Shown here one piece after another: positions 57,291 through 64,000 of a stretch of 64,000 nt of DNA. The position numbers and the translations under genes are program-made. The DNA comes from Pseudomonas sp. (GTDB lineage: Bacteria; Pseudomonadota; Gammaproteobacteria; Pseudomonadales; Pseudomonadaceae), in contig JAXMNZ010000007.1 of assembly GCA_034670165.1 (NCBI GenBank), forward strand, positions 39,293 to 103,292, in the 5' to 3' direction. The notes under the pieces were generated by a model. The model was not told the DNA's origin. It made no database searches and saw only the letters and a list, made by a program, of their open reading frames with translations. How positions within the stretch are numbered: the stretch's first letter is position 1; the number at the start of each line of letters is the position of its first letter.

Positions 57291-57314
57291 AAAAAGGGGG
57301 CATGGCCCCCTTTT
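57291..57314 (-). terminator. hairpin plus T-run between rpsB and tsf (partial terminator/attenuator)
   Basis: Minus strand: AAAAGGGGGC-CAT-GCCCCCTTTTT. The position matches the known intra-operon terminator of rpsB-tsf operons. Confidence 0.6.
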
Positions 57315-57345
57315 CGTTACGGCGTCAGATTGCCAAGAACAACCC

Positions 57346-58089
57346 TCAGCCCTGAGAGGCCTCGGCGGCCGGCGCTGCTTCTTCAACGAACTCGTCGCCA
57401 GCACCACCGTTGTTCTTGCCGCTCAGTACCGCGTCAGCCACAGCTGCTGCGTACAGCTTGATGGCGCGGATGGCGTCATCGTTACCGGGAATGACGTAAT
57501 CGACGCCATCCGGGCTGCTGTTGGTATCAACGATACCGATAACCGGAATACCCAGCTTGTTGGCTTCGGTAATGGCAATGCGCTCGTGCTCGACGTCGAT
57601 GACGAACATGGCATCGGGCAGACCGCCCATATCCTTGATACCGCCCAGGCTGCGATCAAGCTTTTCCAGATCGCGGGTGCGCATCAGGGCTTCTTTCTTG
57701 GTCAGCTTGGAGAAGGTGCCGTCCTCGGCCTGGATCTCCAGATCGCGCAGACGCTTGATCGATGCACGGATGGTCTTGTAGTTGGTCAGCATGCCGCCCA
57801 ACCAACGATGGTCGACGTAAGGCATGCCGGCGCGAGACGCTTCCTCGGCAATGATCTTGCTAGCGGCGCGCTTGGTGCCGACGAACAGGACCTTGTTCTT
57901 GCCCGATGCCAGTTTCTCGACGAAGCTCAGGGCATCGTGGAACATCGGCATGGTCTTTTCGAGGTTGATGATGTGAATCTTGTTGCGGGCGCCGAAAATG
58001 TACTTGCCCATTTTCGGGTTCCAGTAACGGGTCTGGTGGCCGAAGTGCGCACCGGCCTTCAGCATATCGCGCATAGATACTTGAGTCAT
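57346..58089 (-). CDS. rpsB: 30S ribosomal protein S2
   Basis: [27 protein letters not shown]. Start moved to ATG 58089 with GGAG upstream. 247 aa. Confidence 0.97.
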   Translation of the reverse strand: MTQVSMRDMLKAGAHFGHQTRYWNPKMGKYIFGARNKIHIINLEKTMPMFHDALSFVEKLASGKNKVLFVGTKRAASKIIAEEASRAGMPYVDHRWLGGMLTNYKTIRASIKRLRDLEIQAEDGTFSKLTKKEALMRTRDLEKLDRSLGGIKDMGGLPDAMFVIDVEHERIAITEANKLGIPVIGIVDTNSSPDGVDYVIPGNDDAIRAIKLYAAAVADAVLSGKNNGGAGDEFVEEAAPAAEASQG

Positions 58090-58229
58090 GACAGCTCCAA
58101 TGTATATCGGGTTGGGCCTCCACGCATCCCATTGTCCAACCCCGTGGGGCACCCAGGACAACGTGTCGATACGTGTGTGGTTTCAGTTTTCGCCTGAGGA
58201 TCTTTGTTCAGGCGCGGCGCTTTATACCA
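58090..58229 (-). promoter_or_regulatory. rpsB promoter (extended -10) and structured 5-prime leader
   Basis: Minus strand TGgTATAAA (58221-58229), then a leader of about 120 nt. It has hairpin CGCCTGA/TCAGGCG and overlapping stems TTGTCC/GGACAA and GGGTTGG/CCAACCC, a pseudoknot-like layout. This is consistent with the S2-autoregulated rpsB leader of gammaproteobacteria. No covariance model was run. Confidence 0.45.
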
Positions 58230-58376
58230 TACAACCGGAAACGAATAAAGGCGCAGATGCCCGGCGGTCAAGCCGGCCAGCCCTCAACAGCACGCGGGTT
58301 GTCTGTTAAACTACGCGATTGATTCCTTCGCCAGCCGGCGTGAAAACCGACAGCGTCCCAAACGAGAGAACCCGTA

Positions 58377-59165
58377 ATGACCGTTACCATCAAGACCCCG
58401 GAAGACATCGCAGGCATGCGCGTGGCCGGACGACTGGCGGCCGAGGTGCTGGAAATGATCGGCGAGCACGTGCGGCCCGGCGTCACCACCGAAGAGCTTG
58501 ATCGCATCTGCCATGACTACATCGTCAACGTGCAGAAGGCGATTCCGGCGCCGCTCAATTATGGCGGCGCGCCCGGCCGGATTCCGTTTCCGAAATCGAT
58601 CTGCACCTCGATCAACCACGTGGTCTGCCACGGCATCCCGAACGAGAAGCAGCTCAAGAGCGGCGATGCGTTGAACATCGACGTTACCGTGATCAAGGAC
58701 GGCTATCACGGCGACACCAGCAAGATGTTTCTGGTCGGCGAGACCCCTGAATGGGTCCAGCGCCTGGCCCGGGTGACCCAGGAATGCATGTACAAGGGTA
58801 TCGCGGTGGTCCGTCCGGGCGCCCGCCTGGGTGACATCGGGCACGTGATCCAGGAGCATGCACACGCCAATCATTACAGCGTGGTGCGCGAATACTGCGG
58901 CCACGGTATCGGCAAGGTCTTCCACGAGGATCCGCAGGTGCTGCATTACGGTCGCCCCGGGACCGGCATGGAGCTCAAGGAAGGCATGACCTTTACCATC
59001 GAGCCGATGATCAACCAGGGCCGCCACGAAACCCGTCTGCTGGGCGACGGCTGGACCGCCATCACCAAGGACCGCAAGCTGTCCGCCCAGTGGGAGCACA
59101 CCATTCTGGTGACCGCTGACGGCTATGAAGTACTGACACGTCGCCAGGAAGAAAGCTTCCAGTAA
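58377..59165 (+). CDS. map: type I methionine aminopeptidase
   Basis: [36 protein letters not shown]. 262 aa. Confidence 0.95.
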   Translation: MTVTIKTPEDIAGMRVAGRLAAEVLEMIGEHVRPGVTTEELDRICHDYIVNVQKAIPAPLNYGGAPGRIPFPKSICTSINHVVCHGIPNEKQLKSGDALNIDVTVIKDGYHGDTSKMFLVGETPEWVQRLARVTQECMYKGIAVVRPGARLGDIGHVIQEHAHANHYSVVREYCGHGIGKVFHEDPQVLHYGRPGTGMELKEGMTFTIEPMINQGRHETRLLGDGWTAITKDRKLSAQWEHTILVTADGYEVLTRRQEESFQ

Positions 59166-59185
59166 CCGACTTATGGAGTAGCCCT

Positions 59186-61885
59186 GTGGATAACGAGTTG
59201 TTCGACCCGGGCCAATTCCAGGCCGAGCTGGCACTGAAGAGCAGCCCCGTGGCGGCATTCAAGAAGGTCATCCGCAATGCGGATACCGTGCTGCGCGCGC
59301 GCTTCGAGGCCGGCCGGGATATTCACCAGCTGATCCACGAGCGCGCCTGGTTCACCGACCAGATCCTGCGCAAGGCCTGGTCGATCCAGGCCACCACCGA
59401 CACCCCGGGTATCGCCCTGCTGGCGGTGGGCGGCTATGGCCGCGGCGAGCTGCATCCGCATTCGGATATCGATCTGCTGATCCTGCTGCGGGAAAGCAAT
59501 ACCGACGCCTACCGGGATTCCATAGAGCAGTTTCTGATGCTGCTGTGGGACATCGGACTGGAGGTCGGCCAGAGCGTGCGCTCGATCAGCGAATGCCAGG
59601 AAGAAGCCCGCAACGACATCACCGTGATTACCAACCTGATGGAGTCGCGCACCCTGTCGGGCGACGAAAGCCTGCGTCAGGCGATGATCGAGGCCCTCAG
59701 TGCCGAGCACATGTGGACCGATGCCGAGTTCTTTCGCGCCAAGCGCGCCGAACAACAGCGGCGACACGCCAAGTTCAATGACACCGAGTACAACCTCGAA
59801 CCCAACGTCAAGAGCTCGCCTGGCGGCCTGCGGGACATCCAGACCATCGGTTGGGTGGCCCTGCGCCACTTCGGCACCAACGACCTGCGCGAGCTGGTCG
59901 ACCGCGGCTTTCTCAACGAGCCCGAGTACGGCATTCTGACCGCCGGGCGCGCCTTTCTCTGGCAGGTGCGCTTCGCCCTGCACACCCTGGCCGGCCGCGC
60001 CGAGGATCGGCTGCTGTTCGACTATCAGCGCACACTGGCCAAGCAGATGGGGTACGAGGACAACGACAGCAAGCTCGCGGTCGAGCGCTTCATGCAGAAG
60101 TACTACCGGATCGTCATGTCCCTGTCCGAACTCAACGATCTGCTGATGCAGCATTTCGAGGAGATTCTGCTGCGTAACGCCGAGACCACCGAGATCGAGC
60201 CGTTGAATGCACGGTTCCAGGTGCGTAACCACTATATCGAAGTGACCCATCCGGACGTGTTCAAGCGTACACCCTTTGCCCTGCTGGAAATCTTCCTGCT
60301 CATGGCACAGAATCCGGAAATCCGCGGCGTGCGCGCCGACAGCATCCGCTTGCTGCGCGACCACCGTCATCTGATCGACGACGAATTTCGTGCCGACATC
60401 CGCAACACCAGTCTGTTTGTCGAACTGTTCCGCTGCCGCGAGGGGATCCATCGCAATCTGCGTCGCATGAATCGCTACGGCATTCTGGGTCGCTACCTGC
60501 CCGAATTCGGCAAGATCGTCGGACAGATGCAACACGACCTTTTTCACATCTATACCGTTGATGCCCACACCCTGAATCTGATCAAGCATCTGCGCAAGCT
60601 GAACCAGCCCGAGTATCAGGAAAAGTATCCCCTGGCCTGGCGCATCTTCTGCCGTCTGCCCAAGCCGGATCTGTTGTATATCGCCGGCCTCTACCATGAC
60701 ATTGCCAAGGGTCGGGGCGGCGATCACTCCGAGCTGGGCGCCGTGGATGCCATTGCGTTCTGCCAGCGCCACCAGCTGCCGGCGTGGGACAGCCACCTTA
60801 TCAGCTGGCTGGTGGAGAACCATCTGATCATGTCCACCACCGCCCAGCGCAAGGACATTTCCGATCCGCAGGTGATACACGACTTTGCGGTGCATATCGG
60901 CAACCAGGTACGCCTGGATTACCTGTATGTACTGACCATCGCTGATATCAACGCGACCAATCCAACCCTGTGGAACTCCTGGCGCGCCTCGCTCCTGCGC
61001 CAGCTGTATACCGAGACCAAGCGCGCCTTGCGCCGCGGGCTGGAGAACCCGCCCGATCGCGAGGAGCACGTGCGCCAGACGCAACAGGCCGCACTGGACA
61101 TTCTGGTGCGCAGCGGCGTCGAGGAAGAGGACGCCGAAGAACTCTGGGAGCAATTGGGTGAGGACTATTTCCTGCGTCACACCGCCAGCGACGTGGCCTG
61201 GCATACCGAGGCCATCGTCCAGCACCCCGATCGCAACGGCCCCCTGGTGCTGATCAAGGAAACGGCGCAACGGGAATTCGAAGGGGCCACCCAGATATTC
61301 ATCTACACGCCGGAACAGCACGATCTGTTCGCCGTGACCGTGGCCGCGATGGACCAGCTGAACCTGAGCATTCAGGACGCGCGCATCATCACCTCGACCA
61401 ACCGTTTCAGCCTGGACACCTACATCGTGCTGGACGCAGACGGCAGTTCGATCGGTGACAGTCCGGAGCGCATTCGCCAGATCAAGCGCGACCTGGTCGA
61501 AGCCCTGGCCGACCCTGATGCCTATCCATCGATCATCCAGCGTCTGGTGCCGCGCCAGCTCAAGCATTTTTCCTTCGCGCCCGAGGTGACCATCTTCAAC
61601 GCGCCCGAGCGTCAGCATACGATCCTCGAGCTCAGCGCACCGGACCGCCCCGGTCTGCTGGCACGCATGGGCCGCATACTGCTGGATTTCGACATCAACG
61701 TGCAGAATGCCAAGATCGTCACCCTTGGCGAACGCGTGGACGACGTTTTCGTGCTGACCGATGCCAACAATCAGGCGCTGTCGGATCCCGAACTCTGCCG
61801 CCGCCTGCAGAACACCATTGTCGAGACGCTCGGCAACAACATCGACCAGGCAGACCCCACCCTGCCCAACCAGATCCTGATCTGA
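59186..61885 (+). CDS. glnD: [protein-PII] uridylyltransferase / uridylyl-removing enzyme
   Basis: NTase [21 protein letters not shown] domain [17 protein letters not shown], two C-terminal ACT-like repeats. GTG start with GGAG 7 nt upstream. 899 aa. Confidence 0.95.
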   Translation: MDNELFDPGQFQAELALKSSPVAAFKKVIRNADTVLRARFEAGRDIHQLIHERAWFTDQILRKAWSIQATTDTPGIALLAVGGYGRGELHPHSDIDLLILLRESNTDAYRDSIEQFLMLLWDIGLEVGQSVRSISECQEEARNDITVITNLMESRTLSGDESLRQAMIEALSAEHMWTDAEFFRAKRAEQQRRHAKFNDTEYNLEPNVKSSPGGLRDIQTIGWVALRHFGTNDLRELVDRGFLNEPEYGILTAGRAFLWQVRFALHTLAGRAEDRLLFDYQRTLAKQMGYEDNDSKLAVERFMQKYYRIVMSLSELNDLLMQHFEEILLRNAETTEIEPLNARFQVRNHYIEVTHPDVFKRTPFALLEIFLLMAQNPEIRGVRADSIRLLRDHRHLIDDEFRADIRNTSLFVELFRCREGIHRNLRRMNRYGILGRYLPEFGKIVGQMQHDLFHIYTVDAHTLNLIKHLRKLNQPEYQEKYPLAWRIFCRLPKPDLLYIAGLYHDIAKGRGGDHSELGAVDAIAFCQRHQLPAWDSHLISWLVENHLIMSTTAQRKDISDPQVIHDFAVHIGNQVRLDYLYVLTIADINATNPTLWNSWRASLLRQLYTETKRALRRGLENPPDREEHVRQTQQAALDILVRSGVEEEDAEELWEQLGEDYFLRHTASDVAWHTEAIVQHPDRNGPLVLIKETAQREFEGATQIFIYTPEQHDLFAVTVAAMDQLNLSIQDARIITSTNRFSLDTYIVLDADGSSIGDSPERIRQIKRDLVEALADPDAYPSIIQRLVPRQLKHFSFAPEVTIFNAPERQHTILELSAPDRPGLLARMGRILLDFDINVQNAKIVTLGERVDDVFVLTDANNQALSDPELCRRLQNTIVETLGNNIDQADPTLPNQILI

Positions 61886-61898
61886 GGACCGCACCGAC

Positions 61899-63095
61899 AT
61901 GAATACCGATCTGGACCGTTTGCAGCCCTACCCGTTCGAAAAGCTGCGCGCCCTGCTGGCCGACATCACCCCGAATCCGGCCATGCGGCCGGTCGCGCTA
62001 TCGATCGGCGAGCCCAAGCACCCCTCGCCGCCCTTCGTGCTGCGCACCCTGGCCGACAATCTCGACAAGGCTGCGGTGTATCCGACCACCCTGGGCATAG
62101 CGGAGTTGCGCCAGGGCATCGCCGACTGGCTGCAACGTCGCTTCCAGCTCGCACGCATCGATCCGGCCACGCAGATCATCCCGGTCAATGGCACGCGAGA
62201 AGCGCTGTTCTCCTTTACCCAGGCCATGGTCCGGCGCGACAGTGAAGGGCTGGTCGTCAGCCCCAACCCTTTCTACCAGATCTACGAGGGCGCGGCCTTT
62301 CTGGCCGGGGTAGAGCCGCACTATCTGGCCTGCGATCAGAGCAACGGGTTCATTCCAGACTTCGATCAGGTACCCGACCGTGTCTGGCAACAATGTCAGG
62401 TGCTGTTCATCTGCACACCGGGCAATCCCACCGGCGCAGTCATGCCCGAGAGCACGCTGCACCGGCTGATCGAACTGGCGGATCAGCATGATTTCGTCAT
62501 CGCCTCGGACGAGTGCTACAGCGAGATATACGCAGAGCAGGGAACAAGACCCATAGGCTTGCTGCAGGCCTGCGCGACACTCGGCCGGAACGACTATGCC
62601 CGCTGCGTGGTCTTCCACAGCCTGTCCAAGCGCTCCAATCTGCCCGGCCTGCGTTCGGGCTTTGTCGCCGGCGATGCACGCCTGCTGACGCCCTACCTCA
62701 CCTACCGGACCTACCACGGCTGCGCCATGCCGATTCAGACCCAGCTGGCCAGTCTGGCCGCATGGCAGGACGAGGACCACGTTATCGAGAACCGCCAGCA
62801 GTACCAGGCCAAGTTCGATGCGGTGCTGGATATACTCGGCGGCGTGATGGATGTGCAGCGTCCGGACGCCGGCTTCTACCTGTGGCCGCGCACACCGATG
62901 GATGACCGTGAGTTCACCCGCCGCCTGCTCGCCGAGCAGAACGTGGCAGTGGTACCCGGCAGTTTCCTTTCCAGGGAAATTGACGGGTATAATCCCGGCG
63001 CCGGCAGGATTCGCATGGCGCTGGTGGCGCCCCTGGCAGACTGTGTGGAAGCGGCGCAGCGCATCCGCCGCTTCATCGAGGAGCTCGACACATGA
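61899..63095 (+). CDS. dapC: succinyldiaminopimelate transaminase
   Basis: Fold-type I aminotransferase (SLSKRSNLPGLRSG PLP-Lys block) with the N-terminus LDRLQPYPFEKLRAL typical of DapC. Sits between glnD and dapD as in pseudomonads. Confidence 0.85.
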   Translation: MNTDLDRLQPYPFEKLRALLADITPNPAMRPVALSIGEPKHPSPPFVLRTLADNLDKAAVYPTTLGIAELRQGIADWLQRRFQLARIDPATQIIPVNGTREALFSFTQAMVRRDSEGLVVSPNPFYQIYEGAAFLAGVEPHYLACDQSNGFIPDFDQVPDRVWQQCQVLFICTPGNPTGAVMPESTLHRLIELADQHDFVIASDECYSEIYAEQGTRPIGLLQACATLGRNDYARCVVFHSLSKRSNLPGLRSGFVAGDARLLTPYLTYRTYHGCAMPIQTQLASLAAWQDEDHVIENRQQYQAKFDAVLDILGGVMDVQRPDAGFYLWPRTPMDDREFTRRLLAEQNVAVVPGSFLSREIDGYNPGAGRIRMALVAPLADCVEAAQRIRRFIEELDT

Positions 63096-63436
63096 TCACG
63101 CTCTATGGCATCAAGGCCTGCGACACGATGAAAAAGGCGCGCACCTGGCTCGACGGCAGGGGGCTGGAATACCGCTTTCACGACTACAAGAAAGAGGGTA
63201 TCGACGCTGGCACGCTGGCGGCATGGTGTGCAGAGCACGGCTGGGAAACCGTCCTCAACCGCAAGGGCACGACCTTTCGCACCCTGAGCGAAGAAGAAAA
63301 GCTGAATATCGATACGGAAAAGGCCATTGCCCTGATGCAGGCCCACCCATCGATGATCAAGAGGCCGGTGCTCGACATCGGCCCAAGGCGCCTGGTGGGG
63401 TTCAAACCGGACCTCTATGCCGCCGCATTTGACTGA
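63092..63436 (+). CDS. ArsC/Spx family reductase (YffB-type)
   Basis: MITLYGIKACDTMKKARTWLDGRGLEYRFHDYKKEG. 114 aa. ATGA overlap with dapC. Confidence 0.82.
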   Translation: MITLYGIKACDTMKKARTWLDGRGLEYRFHDYKKEGIDAGTLAAWCAEHGWETVLNRKGTTFRTLSEEEKLNIDTEKAIALMQAHPSMIKRPVLDIGPRRLVGFKPDLYAAAFD

Positions 63437-63470
63437 CCCACGCATCTACAGAATTCAAGGAATCACGCAA

Positions 63471-64000
63471 TGAGCGAATGTTTCAGCCTGGCTTTCGGCA
63501 TCGGTACCCAGAATACCGCGGGTGAATGGCTTGAGGTGTACTATCCCCAGCCGCTGCTCAACCCCGAGCCGGCAATGGTCGACATCGTGGCCGCCCAGCT
63601 GGACTACCAGAGCGGCAACCAGGCCATCGCCATTGCCGCCAGTCAGTGCCGCGCACTGGGGCAGGCTCTGAAAGACGGTGGTTTCGGCGAGGCGGGCGCA
63701 CTGCTTGACCAACTGGCCGCCAGCAGCCGCCCCCTGGTAGCCACCGTGCTGGCAACAGACGCCGCCCCGGTCTCCACCCCCGAGGCCTACCTGAAGTTGC
63801 ACCTGCTCTCCCATCGTCTGGTCAAGCCCCATGGGGTGGTTCTGGCGGGCATCTTCCCGCTGCTGCCGAACGTGGCCTGGACCAATCAGGGCGCGATCGA
63901 CATCAACGAGCTACCCCAGCGCCAGCTGGCCGCGCGCATGAAGGGCGAGATGCTCAACGTCCTGAGCATCGACAAGTTCCCCTCGATGACCGACTACGTC
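63471..64000 (+). CDS. dapD: 2,3,4,5-tetrahydropyridine-2,6-dicarboxylate N-succinyltransferase, long Pseudomonas-type form (5-prime part, runs off the right edge)
   Basis: Own translation from ATG 63471: MSECFSLAFGIGTQNTAGEWLEVYY...EAYLKLHLLSHRLVKPHGVVLAGIFPLLPNVAWTNQGAID...SIDKFPSMTDYV. It stays open to the window end and closely resembles my memory of P. aeruginosa DapD. Confidence 0.87.

Noticed and set aside
59171-61900. 909-aa ORF antisense to the whole of glnD, extending 15 nt past each end.
   Set aside because: It lies in the codon-aligned mirror frame (59186-59171 = 15, divisible by 3). Stops there require sense codons TTA, CTA or TCA, which a GC-rich genome avoids. The translation is Gly/Ala/Val/Asp/Gln/His-rich with no recognisable motif, while the sense frame is an unmistakable GlnD. 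It is a shadow ORF. Only Ribo-seq or proteomics could change that view.

Overview
GC-rich chromosomal segment of a gammaproteobacterium. Spot counts of ordinary 60-nt lines give about 60+ % G+C. Gene content and order match the conserved Pseudomonas-type core backbone: pdxH, dinG and ychJ, then ispD-ftsB-eno-kdsA-pyrG-tilS-accA-dnaE-rnhB-lpxB-lpxA-fabZ-lpxD-skp-bamA-rseP-dxr-cdsA-uppS-frr-pyrH-tsf-rpsB, divergent from map-glnD-dapC-arsC-dapD. The taxon is inferred from synteny only and cannot be proven here. I call 58 protein-coding genes (two cut by the window edges), one initiator tRNA-Met with its own promoter and terminator, one clear LexA (SOS) box, several rho-independent terminators and a few small repeats. 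Many starts in the ORF track are over-extended and were moved to the family-typical N-terminus. Most of the window is ordinary housekeeping DNA: envelope and lipid A synthesis, isoprenoid synthesis, translation, replication and valine catabolism. The variable-looking parts are (i) about 16.9-23.5 kb, with small uncharacterised proteins, dinB, an AT-richer membrane diguanylate cyclase, tRNA-fMet and an orphan binding protein, (ii) the LexA-controlled imuA-imuB-dnaE2 mutagenesis cassette at 26.7-31.8 kb, and (iii) a 507-bp structured non-coding spacer carrying inverted repeats between rnhB and dnaE. I saw no CRISPR array, transposase, integrase, toxin-antitoxin pair or recognisable defence gene. 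I could not identify a convincing previously undescribed multi-gene system, so the findings below are modest leads.
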